Source: Patescibacteria group bacterium | GTDB taxonomy: Bacteria; Patescibacteriota; Minisyncoccia; Phycocordibacterales; UBA2100 | DNA: 64,000 nucleotides | Direction of reading: 5' to 3' | Assembly (NCBI GenBank): GCA_038064835.1 | Contig: JBBTSD010000001.1 | Location: 28,422-92,421, forward strand | Part shown: positions 1 to 15,000 of the stretch, piece after piece | How the letters are laid out: each line of letters begins with the position of its first letter | Numbering within the stretch: the first letter of the stretch is position 1 | The notes under the pieces: generated by a model | Databases searched by the model: none | What the model was told of the DNA's origin: nothing | Seen by the model: only the letters and a program-made list of their open reading frames with translations | Position numbers and translations under genes: made by a program

Positions 1-3000
1 TCAGCTGCGTTTAATGCAGAACTCTCGCCAGCTTTGGTAAAGATGGGGCAAATAGGAGAAGTGGCACAGGATGCCGTCGCGAGAATAAACGGGCAGGTTC
101 GTGCAGAAATCGACGCCGCAATAGCAACGGCAGGCGCGCGCGCAGAAGGTGCGTTTACTGAGATTCAGCGATCTACAGCAGAGCGGGTGGCAACTGTCAT
201 TTCTCGCGATCAAATGCTTCTCGAGACCCGTATTCGCGAAATCCAAGCAGAACGCAACGCGTGGACTGAGCGATTTACTTGGGTGCAGCGTAATTTTCCG
301 CGTTCACCTCTCGTTGCCGAGCCGTTAGTAACTACAGGAAGCGCAGATAATCCGAGAACAATCAACTACGATACCTACATGCGCGAGACCCAGCGCGAGC
401 TCGATCGTTTAAATGCGGCACTTCAGCTTCGTACGGCGCAGTACAGTACTGTTGCGCGGCTGACAGGGACACCACTCGGAGATGATATAGCTCTCGGTAT
501 AGTTGTTGCGCCAACAACACCTGAAGGGCTTGCCCAGCAGCGCCTTTTAAACCAAGGAATACTTGCAGATTATGCGTTACAGCAAAGAGCCATTCTCGGG
601 GAAGCACGAATCGCTCGACTTTCCGATGCACAGCTCTTAGGTCAGAGCCCTGTGATTGCATCTGAACGGGCTTTTGTTCGCGAGGCGTCGGCTCTGACTG
701 CAGGCAGGCTCGGAGAACTTGCGGGGACAATACCCATGACTCAGGCTACCCAATACGAGATTGGGAAAAATGCAGGTACTATTCGAGACCCTGGGGTTAT
801 CGAATACTTGAGAGATCAAAATGCTTGGTACACTTTTGCAGGGGCAGTGGCACGGGGTTTGAACGAGTCCCTGGGTGACAAGGGACTTCCACCACTGTTT
901 GGAGGGGGAGAGCTTCTCGCTCGCGTGGGGCGAGGGATAACGGGCGACATGCTCAAGGTGGCTCGGTACCCCGTTGGTTCTGCAGAATTATTTCAAACGC
1001 CTGGGCAGATCAGCGGAGGTGTCCTGAGGGCAGGTGGCTCCCTTGCGCTCATGGCGACACCGCTTGGGCTTCCGGGTGCTGAAGCGCGGGCAATTTCAGC
1101 AGTGGCCGCCGCAACTGAAGCCCGGGCAATTGCGGTAGCGGCGCGTGCCGCTACCGTAATAAACACACCAGCCGCGCGCGAGCTCGCGGCTGTTGCTACT
1201 CGCGCCGAGAATGTTGCTGCACAAGCTCTTGCAAGGGCGGGATTGACTACTGCTGGAGGTGTTGTCGTGAGGGCTGACGGCACAATTGCAGCTCGCGTAA
1301 TAGCACCCACTGCCGCTGAGGCTCGTGTAGGTGTTACCGCACCGCGGGTTGTGCGCGCACCTGCTGGTTCAGGTGCCTTAGCCGCTGATACAGGTGTGGT
1401 TGCGCCGGCCGCTCGGGTATCCGCACCTGCACCCGCACGCGTACTTGGTCGTCCAGCCGCCGAATCGCCTGTTGGAGCAGCGACAAGAATCCGTGTTGCT
1501 GAAGCGATAGGTTCCCCACCGCTTCGCGCAGAGACTCGGGTGATAGGGAGAGGGCCACTTCAGGCTGGACAGGCTCCTGCCGTAGCGCGACCAGTTCGGG
1601 TTGTTGAAACACCGCGGCCGAGCCCGGCACCGTCCCAGCGCTTTGCCCAAAACACAACAGCTCGCGAAATTGCTGTCAATCGATCAGTAGCGCCGGTCTC
1701 GGTAAATCGACCTGTCGGTACAACGCAAAGTCCGGTAAGTGCAGCTGTGCCACGCAACATAACGCCGGTTCGTACAGTTTCAAATCCTGGCTCCGTCACT
1801 CCCCGTGCAGTTCCTTCTACAGCTGGTCCGGCCCGTAGCCTGGTTACGCCCCGTAGTCCGGTCGTGTTGGGCAAACCACCGATAACCCGCGGATTTACAC
1901 CTGGTAATCCACAAGTAGCTGGTCGCGCTCGTCCTGCTGATTTTGTGTCTGCCCCAAGGCAAGCACCGCGCGTGGCAGGGCGTCAACAGCAACAGGCACA
2001 GGCGAACGCTTCAAGGGGTGGAGCTTCGGCCAATGCCAACTCTCGCTCACTCACTCCTGATCAGCGATGGGCGCAGACTTTGGAAAAGGCCGAAGTTTTG
2101 GCCGGGAGCAGGAGCGCGCCAGCAGGAGAAAGAGCTGCGGCGGCAAATGCTGCGCAACGAATGCGCGCCGCAGGACCACCATCAGGTGGTCCTGTTCCAC
2201 CACGGGTGAGTGCCCCAAGGACTGCAACAACACCTGCCCCTCGCCCACCTGTTTCAGGATCTCCTGTAAGAAATCCTAGTCAGACAACGGGAGGACCTCT
2301 TGCAACAGTACCTGCTACTCGTCCTGCAACCGCTCCAAGGAGTACTCCAGGATCTACTGCACAAGGTGCAAGGAATCTTGCCCCGCGACCTGTGTCCGGA
2401 GGACAAGGGAGATCGCTTGTTCCTGTTTCGGCCCGGCGTGATGTGCCAAAAACCGCGAGTCCTGCACCACGCGGTACTCCAGGGTCACAACAAATAGACA
2501 CGGCATTAAAGACCCAAGTTCCCATTTTTGGTGGCGCGCGGTCGTCTCCGGCTTCTGCACCTCGTCCTGGCTCACCGCCGACCGTGCGTGAACTCGTTGC
2601 AACTCGAGCAATGGTGCGCGCCGGCGTTGCTTCGGCTCAGGCAGCAGCAATGGCAACACATGCACAATCAATCGAACAGGCATTTGGATATTCAAGTCCG
2701 CAGGCGACATTGGCACGCGCCAACGCAACTGACGCTGCTCGCAACTCCGTTATAGCAGACACTATTGCAAGTAACTTGGCAAACAGAACTGGTCTTGCCA
2801 TGGTCAATATAGATGGTTTCGCGACTGTCGTTCGTGCTGGTGCCGTACCCGAAGCATTTGGATATATGAATGGTACTCGACTGGTGCAAAGCCTTCCATT
2901 TGTTGAAATAGGTGCAACTGCACCTAGTGTTGCTGTGGCACGACCTGGCGCTTCTTTGGCACCTCGTCCTGTGGCCTCAGTCCGACCATCAGCTCCAGCT

Positions 3001-6000
3001 CCGCGAGTTGCTGGTGTCGAGACGATCCCAAGGGGTACGGCGCTGGTTCCTGTATCCGCACGACGCGACTTGCCAGGAGCAGGAGGGCCGACGCCATATT
3101 CAATTCCGGGGCCACGACAAATTCAAGTAGCGCTTGGTAGTCAGGTTGTTCCTCGGTATGGAACGGTAAGCGCCCTCCCTGTAAGCGCAGTTCGTACCGG
3201 TTCGCCACCTACACCTACAGAAATGCTTGCAGTGTCTGAAATTACCCGTGCAGAATTGTTTGCCGCTCGCACGGCTGCAGCAAGTGCCCGTGCATCTGCA
3301 GTTGCAGGTGCTCCAAGAACCACTATTCAGGCGGTACAAGCAGCAAACGCAGTGGTGTCGCGCGCACTTGATGTTGAACGGGTTGTAGTCGCGGCTGCGA
3401 ATCGTGCTGCTTCAGCAGCTGGTCTTGCTTCGGTAACAATCGATGGTACTCAATTTATTGTGCGCACAGGATCGGTACCAGAAGTTGTCGGCTATATGCG
3501 AGGTACTGTGTTCGTGCAAAGTCTGCCGTTTGCTGATCTGAACGCGGGTGCAAGCGTGGCGGTAACGCGACCGGTTATATCATCAGCTCCAAGAACGACT
3601 TCTGCTGCGTCTGCTCAAACTCCCCCTGTCGGCTCAACTCCTACGCCTACCCCGGGACCTAGTAGGGTCTTTACCGCAGACGGTCGTTTTATAGGGGCTC
3701 CCACTAGAGTTGTTGAACGGCCATCTCCACTATTGACAGATATCTCACAACTCCCTGTTTTTGAGGCCAATATCCCGCGCAACCGTTCTCTCGCAGTCAT
3801 TCCGCCTGCTGGTGCAACGGGGGTGTATCCGACTGCGGCGCGAGGATCTTTCGCTCCTGCTGCAGCGCCATCCACGGCTGCGCCACCTCGACCCACGATT
3901 ACTCCAATAACATCTGCACAAGGACAGGCAATTCTAAACTACAATCGTCCTGTCCAATCAATTGAAACAATTTCTCGAGCACTCGGGCGACTGCCACAGG
4001 GGGGGCTTGCGGCAAACTTAGTTGCAGATATAAATCTTGCCCAACTACAATTAAGTGCTTTGGGGATTCTTGTGCCTGGTGGTGGGGTCATGATCCGGCA
4101 GGATGATGGTGTAATGATTGCACGGTATAGCCCCTCTGCTGGTGCATATGTACTCACCCCTGCAGCATTTGGGAGCGATGCTCCCATGCCTCCCGAACCA
4201 GCCCCAAGAGTACATACGCTTTTCTTGGGAGGCGCCCGACCGGGTGCCCCGGTGGACTTACTAGGCATTCCTACACCACCCGAAGTAATACAAGAGGTTC
4301 GTGCACGCGCTGCAGTGCGTGCCGCAATTCAGGGCGGCACCGTTCCGCGCGAAATGATACCACCGCTAGTGGCGCTTCTGGGTGCACCAACTGGATCGTT
4401 TGAGAGGGATCTTGAGGCATTTTTCATTGCCTCTGCACCATCACCAACATACACCGGCACTGCAATTATTCGCCGGTCGCCTGCGCGAGCTCGTGCTGCT
4501 GCAAGGGTAAATGCGCGCAGTGCCGCACTTGCTCGGGGCTTAGCGCCAACAGCCCCTCGCTCAGGGCTGTCTATCGACGACTTGGGAGCTGGGCTCAACA
4601 GCCTGGGTGTTTCGGCTGGTGCTTTTACCACCAACTTTGTTTCAAACACTGTTCTCAGTCGAAGTGGCCAAGATATTCCTGAATCAATAACGGGAAACAA
4701 TGTACAAAATGCGCTTTGGGGCGGGAGCCCGGCCATCTTGGAAAACCAGGGAATGCAGACTGTTTCGTTGGGAGGAGGTATTGCGGATGCCGTAGTCACG
4801 GGTGTGAATTCTGAAAAGAAAAAAACCGAGTGCCTGTCCTCTTGTTTTTCTGTGGTTGGGACTGGAGTCGCACTTGACGGCTCGGGAGGAATTTCCTTTG
4901 TTTCGCATTCTGCCCCCCCAACTCTTGTGGAAAAGAATGCAGTGGCACAAAAAGCTCTGGGAAATCATATCGGTAACGCAATCAAAGACCTGCTTGTCCG
5001 ATCGGTGCCGGGAACAGCGCGGATTGAGATTTTTGGAGGAGGATTCCAGACACTTCCTGGTAGGGAAACTCCTGAGCCTGGGTCGCTTGCTGTGTATGAA
5101 GAAGGAAAAAATTTCCTCGAGGAGACGGCCGTTCAGGCGATTCGACAAGCTCGCGCATTAAATCCTGATATCCCACTTGTGGCTATTTCTAGGCCATTAG
5201 GACCCTCCTATCCTGGAATATCAGCAGAGTCACCCCTTACGGCTGTATTTGTAGATACCCCTCGTCTTACAACGACTGTGTTTGCACCCGAATCCTTGAT
5301 AGCGGAAGGAAGAGGGGTCGCACCAGCTGGTGCAACTACACCAAACTCCCGCCAAACGCTCCCTATGGCGCGTAGTAACATTGGTGCCGAATTTCCGCAA
5401 AATACTGGCGCACTTGTGCAAGTAATCGCCACTCGTGCAGCTGCACTGCAGGGTCAAAATCCATCTCCCACCCCGCCACAACGCATTCTATTAGTGGAAG
5501 ATGACGCACGCGCAGTGAGAGGCTTCCTAGATGCATTCGAAAAATTGTTCCCCGAGCTTCCAGTGGTCAACAAAGGACGCTTCTCCGAGACACCCTCTGC
5601 AGCAGACCTGCAAGCTCCCGGTATCTTGGTCGTCACCTCAGCAGAAAAAGCCCAACTTGCACTCACGGCACCAAGGGCTCTTTCGGTTGGGCTGGTGCTT
5701 CTCGACAATAACTTGCTTGACGGACGACTTGGATACGACATGGTCTACCCGCTCATTAAAGGAAGCCAACCAAACGCTGTCGTTCTTAGTACTTCAGGGG
5801 AAGGCCGGCTTGAACAACCAGGTGTTGGGCATGTCGACAAAGGCATTGGATTCAATGCAAAAAAGCTTTCAGAGGCCTTGGCACAAGCGGGGGTACTACC
5901 CACTGCAAGTGGCATCTCACAAGCCCAACGAGGCGCAGGTGTACTCACTGGCTACCGTGAAAATCCAGTTACCGCAATTCTCCACGCGCGTGCGGCAGGA

Positions 6001-9000
6001 GCTAATCCGTTCGCACCCGCATGGGCACAGCCACAAGTTGGACGAAGTGTTCTTGCACGGCGGGGACAGGGGGTGACTGACAGAGCCGACATTCCTCGAC
6101 GAGGTAGTGGTCGGTGGGGGCCTGTGGCTTCCAATATCCCTGCGGTACTTGGTACGGCTCAAGCACGCGGCGCACTGAATACCCTTGGGCAGATAACTCG
6201 TGGTCCTGGTACATCTCCAGTTTCTTCTGTCGGAGCCGGACAGCAACCATCTTTACCAAGCCAGCGTGATCCGCGTTTGGCTGCACTTGCAACGCGGGTC
6301 CGTGCAATGAATACGATTGTAGTTGTAAACGCGCGTCCAATTCCTGGACGGACAACTGTCGTTCTGGATGCAATAGCCACTTTGCTCGAAGAGGTTTGTG
6401 GGCAAGTCCCTAACTGTCGCAACCTGGAACTTTTCCACGCATTGAGTGGGAGTACACCCGATCCGACACGAATCGTCGCGTTTGACACGCCTGATGGTGC
6501 CCTGCTTGCGGCAGCGCAAAAATTCGCGCAAACATTTCTGACAGATGCTGAAAATCCGCTATCTTCCGCGAGTCTCCGTGTAACCCTCCCCATGGCACGG
6601 AATATTGGTACTGGATTTCCTCAAAACACAGATGTGCTTATCCAAGCAATTGCCGTTCGTGCCGCTGCATTGCAAGCGCGAAACCCAGTCATTTCTGCCA
6701 CCACTCGCATACAACTTTCTACGGCACCTCGTCCAGGACCAGAGAATCCCATTACCGGAAAACCAGATCCAAACCAGGTAGTGACCAATGAAGGTACATT
6801 CTTTGAAATACAAAATTCGCAACTTACTAATGTTGCAGTGGCAGCTATCTTGGACGGTATCGTTGCGGTCGCACCGCCTGTCGTCGTGGACGCAGTTGGT
6901 GTACGAGGTGTATTTGGTGGGAAGCGGTACTTCTCGCCAGTGCTTATCTCTGCAAATGCGCGACCAGTGTCACCTGAAGCTATCCGTGCAGACCTCGCGG
7001 TGCTAGAAGTTTTTGGTGATACCGACCACAGGTTTGATGCGCGAGTAAATCCTCCGCTTGTTTCGAACATCGGTCTTACCTCGGACGGCAGAATGTATGT
7101 GTTTGATTTTGGATATGCACAGCATTTGATGATGGCAAATCCGCTTGATGCGCGCTCGATTGATGCGCAAATGGCGCAGATGACACCAGGAACACAGGCA
7201 CTGTTCGTAAGCAAACTTAACCAACTTGAGGCACGAGTGAGTGGTGCCTCGGGTCTTGCTTTTCTCTCAGGCGTTCTTGGGAATTCTCGCGGGAGTTGGA
7301 AAACAGCTTTTAATTTTATGAGTGATGCGCCGCGCATAGGTAACCCTGCCGCATATTTCCGCGACAACCTGCTTGACCGTATTCGGCAGACGCGCACTGT
7401 AGCTATCGCAATTAATCCCGCTCTCGCAAATCTAGGCACGAGAGGGATTGCAAGAGTCGCTCTTCCTATGGTACGGCCATCACAACTTCTCACCGAAGCA
7501 GAAGCGCTTGCGCTTTTGTCGGGTCCGCCCACCCTTTCGGCGATTGGGGTTTCAGCTAATTTGATAGAGGGCGCCACCGCGTTGATTCGTATCGCTCAAC
7601 AAAATGGTGGCAGACTCCAAAATCCTTTGGCGCAAGCGTGGTACGAAGCTGATATGGAGGCAAGACAGGCGCGAAGATTTTTCCAGAGTGTTCTTAACGA
7701 ACAAAACTTGGCGCGCGGAGCCGTCTCCTTGCTCGCAGGGAACAATGCCCCTCCTGAGCAAATGAGGCAGGCGGTAGCATATGCGACATGGATTGAGAAT
7801 TTTGTACAAGCTGTTGCGACAAACGATTTCCCGAATGATGTGGCAGACACACTCCTGAGAGAGCTACAAAAAGGTGAGCGAACAGTGCCGGTCACTGGTT
7901 CTGTTGCTGGCATGCTTGCGCAAAACACTGCCGCACGCGCCGCTCGACAGAATCTCCCTGCTCTCGAAAATCGATGGATCGAGCTTCAGCGGGCGCATGT
8001 CTCGGCGTCATATTTTATTGCAAATAGTGGCCCCAACCTCGATCCGGGAACAGGAGTTCGCGATGTCAGTTTCCAGAGATCGCAAGAGCTTGTGCGACTA
8101 GCTGTGGAAAGCGAAATGCGACAGCTCGCAACTCAAATTGTTCCCTTACGGCAAACCGCGGCACTTCTCACGCCGTCCGACACATCTTTTATCGGAACCC
8201 TTGCCCGAGCACTGAACCCACAAACCCCACGCCGTGGCCCAGGTGTACTCACTGGCTACCGCGAAAACCCAGTGCTCGCGGCACGGCATGCACGAGCCGC
8301 TGGTGCTGATCCATTCGCACCTGCATGGGCACAGCCACAAGTTGGACGAGGCGGTATTGCTCGGCGCGGGCAGGGAGTGACTCCGATTTCGCCTGCTCAG
8401 ACCCCTCCGATTTCCACCGAGGCAACACTTGTACGGATAGAGAAGATGGTTGTAGATGCACTAAAAAGTATCCGCGAGCAGGCAAAAGGTAACGAGGATG
8501 TACCAAAGAGGCTCATTCCCCATATCCAGCGTCTTACTAGTGGGCAAGGTGTCCAAAATTCAATCGCATCAGCTGTGTTGAATTCAGTTCCGTTCGCCGA
8601 GCTCCCTACACTTACTCAGGCACAGGTATCCGCAATCGCTCTCAATCAGGTGGCCCGCAGAATGGGTCCAGGGCCGCTTTCGCAGATTTTTGCAAAAGGA
8701 TTTGGAGTACTTGAGAAAAGTATCGGTGCCCCTGCTGGGTCGACACTCGCCGGAGTGAGGGTCATCCCCGCAATGCCTGGGATTCTCAGTCCTGTTGTGG
8801 CTCAGTCTGTCGTCCCAAAGAAAGTCTCGAAGCGTGCCATCAACAAGATCGTTAGGCAGGTTAGAACATTTGCTGACGAACCAGTCCGTCAAGAAACTCC
8901 AGCCCAGACTCTGACTCGTTTGCTCGATCGCGTTGGTGCACCACTTGTAGTTAACGAGGCACCACAACAAGGAGTACCTGCTGGTTCTATTGTGGCGCGG

Positions 9001-12000
9001 CCTGAATTTACCGGTACTTATGCGCACACTGTCGCTGAAGGCGCACGCGATTCATCGCAACACTTGCTGTCACTGCCTACTATTATCGACTCATTTCCCG
9101 CGCACCAACTTCGTCGTGCTCTCCGTAGCGCACTGCAAGAAGCCGCCGCACGAGTGGCCCCAACAGATCCGGCCAAAGCCGTGGCACTGCAAAGTGTCTA
9201 CCGCTATTTCGAAGGGAATGCCGCACGCGTGAATGTGTTCAACATCCTTTCAAGTGATTTAAGTGAACTTGCTGGGATTCTCGCGACGAGCGAAGGGACG
9301 GTAAAAAACGCCGTGGGGATGATGGTAGAGCGACGCCCGCGCATCGGAGATGCCGAGTACGATGGGCTCCCACCTACGCAGAAAAAGCAAGTCGTAGATC
9401 AATGGAAAGAGATTGCGCGGTTGTATCTCGAGCTTGTCGGCTCGACTGCGAACGACCAACAGGTAATCGCCGCACTGGGTCGCATGCCCACGAACGACGA
9501 GCTGAAAGCAATGCTTGCCGCTAATCCAGTACAACAAACAGCCACCACTTTTGCGACGGCCGGTCGTACGACTATGGGCCGACACACACGAGCAGTGGGA
9601 GAAGAAGTAGGTGCTCTCAATCTTGCGGGTGGACGAAGTACGACTCGTCCTGGCCAAGCTCGGCGCGGTCCTGGCGGGCCGGTAATTGTGAGCGCACCCG
9701 CGCCACAGGCGGCAGGCGCCGTTTTGACTGGGACACAACCAGTCGCCACTCCATACACGCTGGGGGCGATGACAAACGAAAGCAAAACCAAGCTTGTCTA
9801 CTATATTGAAAATGCCGCGGGTGATGTCATGGGAGCCATGAGTCTTGTCATGGTAAATGCAGATGTGCCTCATGTCATTCTCAGCTCGCTGAGCGTACTC
9901 CCTGCCTATCAAGGTCTCAAACTCGGACGAACATTTTTGCAGGAAGTAAAGAACAGATTGGTAAACGCTGGAATCCCCGTGCTGTTGGTTAATGGAATTG
10001 ACTCGGAGTCACCAGCGTTTCTAATGTACAACCGTTCTGGATGGGTAGATGCGGGTGTGGGAGACCCCATTCAAATGTGGATGGTGAATGATCCAAGGGG
10101 CCTGCTTACCCAAGCAGACCGCACTGCCATAGCGCAAGCTGCAAAACAGGGGGAAAAAGGGGTGAACACGACACAAACCTTTGCGCTCGCTCCTGACGGG
10201 GCAGTCTCGATTGTTGATGTGCCTCCACCTACATCAGTGACCGGCGTGGCACCAGCTGACCCAATTGCACGGCCTCTGGTTGCTATCCAGTCGCGTGCAC
10301 CTCCTGCCGCGATTGTGCCGGATACTGTGGTTTCAGATACGACAACCGCACCGGTTGTTATGGGTTCCCTCGGATTTCCTATCATGCCATCGGATGGGAC
10401 AGTTGCCGGTGTTCTTGAGGGGACTTTTAGAAAACTTGAAACAGAGATGGGGGGTATACCCACCTTGCGGTCGTCCCGCCAGTTTGCCGCGCGGACTGCG
10501 CTCGGTCTCTTCGTTAGGAATATTGCAAACGGACTCGCTAATGCACCGAAAGACGAATTACATGGAGCAGTGATAGCGATTGCTTTTCAATTCCGTGATC
10601 GTACGCTAGGAAATTACCCATCAAATTTGTCTGCAAAAGAAATCATTGCAGAAATGAGCACTGCCTTGAACGAGAAGAACCCACAAAAGTTTGCCTCACT
10701 CAGCGCATGGTCACTCTCCCAGATTTCTTTTGCCCTGGACTCAGTTGAAACATTCGACCAGGGTAGAAAGTTGGTTAATGGCTGGCGCGCCAAAGCCCCA
10801 GACACTCCTGAAGGAAACAAAGAGTTGTTTAAAGAGATCTTCAAATTTGATGCAACGGGCGATGTATTTGTGGTGGCTGGGCCGCAAATGCTCCATGTAT
10901 TTCCAACTGTTCGTGCTGATGTCGATCGTGCGGTCGGGCTTACTGGTGTTGGCGCAGCAGTATTAGCACAGCCACTTGTTCCTGCAGAACTCGGGGGTCG
11001 TGTTGTTATGTACGCTCCTACCGAAGATGTGCTTGCGAATTACCCAGAAATAGCAAGACATGAAGCCGAGCACATTGCGCAATTCATTGCAAATACATCT
11101 GCAGTTTCAAATGCTCGGCATATTTCCTTTCAGCGATTGCTTGCGAAAGCTACCGAGAAACCATCTGAAGCGGTCGCTCGTACACCCCTCCAGTCTTTTG
11201 TGCATTTATTTGCGAATGAGGGGAATTCAAATCAGGAGGGTTTGATTGCAATTCGGGCGAGAGGATATGCGAATGCGTTTATATCTGGTGCACTTTTCCA
11301 GGTGTCCATGGAGCTCTTGTCGTATTTTGTAGCAGATCGCCTGTCGGGTGCCGAACTTGCTGAGCGGGTCAATCGACCATTATACCAAGATCCGATGAAA
11401 GAACTGGCAAAGAAAGAGGCAGAACGGATTACGGGTATCTTGGAACTCAATATCATAAAAGCAACACTTCGTCCGTTTACTCTAGGCACCTTCCTTGGTG
11501 CTCCTGTCGTGCAGGCCACTCCATTCTCGCTGGGAGACAGTTTGAATCCAAACAGGATAAGAGGAAGAGTTGTAATTCCCGATTACACATTCCTTGTCGA
11601 CGAAGGTGTGCGGGTACTTTCCACTCTTACGGCACAGGGGGTTGATCGAGAGGTTATAAACGCACTGCTATCCGGTCTTCCGGTACACCGGTGGAATAGA
11701 GCGGTATCAGCGTTTTTTGCAGAACAGTCGTTCTTTGTGTTTGAAGCAACACCTCGCGACCTTGCTTCCGGACAAGATCTGACAGCAATCCATACGCCAG
11801 CACCGCGTGCAATTAACGGCGGTGCTGTGCCGGCGGCAAGTGTTGCGATCTCCACAACAAAAGAGCTTGCAGACAAACCAATCGATCTCCCGTCAGCAGA
11901 TGCACGGGGGGCTGAATATGCATCAGCACCAGAAGCAACACCCTCCGGATTACAAAGATCATTACCACCCGTGCTTTCATTCGGTCCGCTGAATCTGACA

Positions 12001-15000
12001 GCGCCGGTTTCTGCACCGGTCTCTGGGCTGTTTGGTGATGAGGGACTTGAGTCGGTTTCTACGAGAGGCGTGCTGCTGGAATCTTTATCCGGTTCAGCGC
12101 AGATTGCCCGACAGGCTGCGACAACCCTCCGAGACACTGCCCGTGCATGGGTTGCGTTCCGTCGTCGTGGTGGCCAAGTGAATGATGTGACCAGACAACA
12201 GCTCGCAGGGTCATTCGAGACTATGCCCATTGGTGCTACTTCTGGCACAGCACCAGCGCTCCATGTTGTCCTGGTTTCAGGAGTCAAGTCAAGTCGGCAA
12301 AATTTGTTTGATGGTGCACAGATTATGTACGACACTTTGGCCCAATTGGACTCGAATGTTGCGGTCAGCGTGGCGTATGGTGATTACACGCATGTGGACA
12401 CTGCTCGACAGGCATTTGGTGTGGAGCATTTGATCGGCGAAGCGTCACGCATTCTTAGCAGTGATCCAAACGCAAAGCTTGTTTTCCTTGGGCACTCGTG
12501 GGGCGGTGACTTGTCGGCACTCGCAGTTGGTGTTTTGGAAAGAAACCCACAATTTGTCGGCAGGATTGGACTAGTGCAATACGCAAGTCCAGATCCACGC
12601 AACCTTCGGCCGTTTTTGCGAGCGATTGGTGTGGGCGGTGCGTTGAAACGGCTTGGTTATACGGGTGATGTGCGACTCGAAAGCCCTGTCTTTGTTCTGA
12701 ATGCCGGACGCGACCGTCTGATTCGCATTGATTCATCTGGTGTACAAGGACCAGAAGGAGTTGTTTCTCCACGGCTTGTGCCACAAGCTACTCACACACA
12801 GTGTTTCGGTCCCGAATGTGCGGGTATTGTGGCACAAGCAATTGCGGAAACAGCACGGGCTCTTGATAGGCCTCTGGCCGGCGAATCAGCGCTTGCGTCT
12901 TTGGGTAAACCGGTTACGGTGCATCTTTCGCCAAGCGGCAACAGGGCACGATTCCCCAGAGTTTCTCAGACTGCCCGCAGAGAAGTGTCTGTTCTCTTGC
13001 TCCGACTGGTTCTTGGTGGCGCCGATGTTCCAGGGGCAAACACTGCTTATAGTGGCGGACGACGCCCTCAGATTTCTCCGCGCCTTCGTGGCGAAACATT
13101 ACCACCCGTGACTACCGTTGTTGATGCAACACCAGCACCGACTGGCGTTGTCAGTGGTTTTGGTCCAAGCATGAATTTTCTATCAGGCCCACTTGGCCGA
13201 AATCGCGGCCCGGTGTTTGCACCACCTGACGCGCGAAGTGCAGCTGCAGATGGTATTCCTGTTGCCCAGCTTGAGGCTGAACAGGTCGCGCGTTTCGATG
13301 ATGAAATCGACCGTGCGCTCGATATTATTCGTGCCGACAGCACAGTTGGGTCCTCGGAGTGGGATCGCGTCGCGGCACTTTTGGCAAGTGATGATTTTGT
13401 TGGGAAAGTCCAGGCGGCCGTCGTGGAATCAGGCGACACGAATGGTATTCGACCGGCCATTGCGAAAGAGCTGTACGCATGGGGAGAAAAGTCAGGTTCT
13501 CGTGAGGCTACAAACCTGGTCAGACGAGTTGCGCTGCAGATTCAGTCCAGTTTTGATGCGTCAATCCTTGCAGCAGATCAGAAAGCAATAGACGCACGGC
13601 TTGCAAATTTTCAAACGCAATTGATAAAGGCTGCACGCGATGGCGCCACCGCACGAGTCCTCCGCACTATGACACTCAGATTCGTACAGCAATACAGTGG
13701 TGGATTAGAGTCGCCCGATGTACGGATGATACGGAATACTCTTGTAGAGGCCCTTGCTAGCACGCGCGTACGCTCAAGGAAGGTGACGGAAAGGTTGCTC
13801 GCTCCCATCAGCCCACTCCCACCAGCGACCACACCCCCTTCCAACAGGGAAAAACTCACAAAGATTCGTGTCGCGACAACTCCCTCGGGGCTTTTCCGGG
13901 CTGTGCGCTCGGCGCTCGAGTCAGAAGTTTTTACAAATAGTCGAGTTTTGGGGGTAGTCAAGAAGATTGATCTTGGTTCCATCGCAGAAGGGGGAGTGGC
14001 GGGCACAGCTGAGATTCTGGCGGAAGCATTGACGACAGCATTGGAACCACAGGGCAGGGCACCTGCGCGGGCAAGATACATACAACGCGTTACACCGATT
14101 ATCGCCGCGCTCCAAACTCATACGAAAACAGACATTACATCTGCATTTGTGCGCGCAGCCAATGCTCCGCGAGTTGCTGCAACCCCCCGCACCACCCGCC
14201 AACCGCTCACCCGCGCGGCACTACAAGCGGCTCGCGCTCGCGCAGGATCACTGCAGTCCGCAACCATGAATACGATGGCACAAGCGGCGCGGGCAGTGGG
14301 TGTGGCGTTGGTGCTTGCGGGCGCACCCCAATCTGCGGTGGCACAAGAAGCACCAAAAGCAGGGGTCTCTGTGCCATCGTTGGTACAAGCAGGGATAGAT
14401 GCACGGTTGTTCAGGGGAAACGATGCGCAGATGGTTGAACGCGCACGAAAGGCCATTGTGGGGAACGGGACAATAATTGGCGCGATTAATGTACGCCCGG
14501 GTGTGCCACTGGTATATCTCATCGGAGAGATTCATGACTCGCTGATTTCTAAAAAAGCTGAGGAAATCGTGGACCAAATCCTTCCGTTTGCTCGGAACAT
14601 CGGTCATGAGGGGATTTCTTCTGAAGAAATTCCAGCAGCCGTCGGAGGACTTCACTTTGGTGTCGAAGATCTATCGCTCTACAGACAAGGCTCGTTTCTT
14701 AGCCAAATGTGGTTTTTTCTTAACGCACGCATGGGGAGAGTTGTGAACGCAAGTTATCAAGATGCACAGACGGCCGAGGAGTTTGTCGACCGACTCACCA
14801 CAGATTTCTGGGAGAGTGAGTTTGGCTCTATTTACAAGAAAAAATATGAGGAAAATACAGTCGATGCCCGACTGGTTGAGACGCGCAGAGACGCGCGGGA
14901 CCTTTTGGTTAAAATAGTTCAGAGCTTATGGAATACACATGGTCCAACCAATGTTGATTTAAGGGACGAACTGGATGCAGTAAATGGGCAGATACGACTT

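Noticed and set aside
1-246. 81-aa minus-strand ORF at the window start
   Set aside because: It overlaps the 5' end of the giant plus-strand ORF; no start context or motif; likely spurious.
6621-7577. 318-aa minus-strand ORF, and many other 100-250-aa antisense/alternate-frame ORFs inside 1-24363 (e.g. 11583-12335, 15213-15947, 18984-19478, 22885-23610)
   Set aside because: They lie entirely inside the 24-kb giant ORF. High GC and biased codon usage generate long spurious open frames on the opposite strand. Their translations are low-complexity Ala/Arg/Ser/Thr strings with no motifs.
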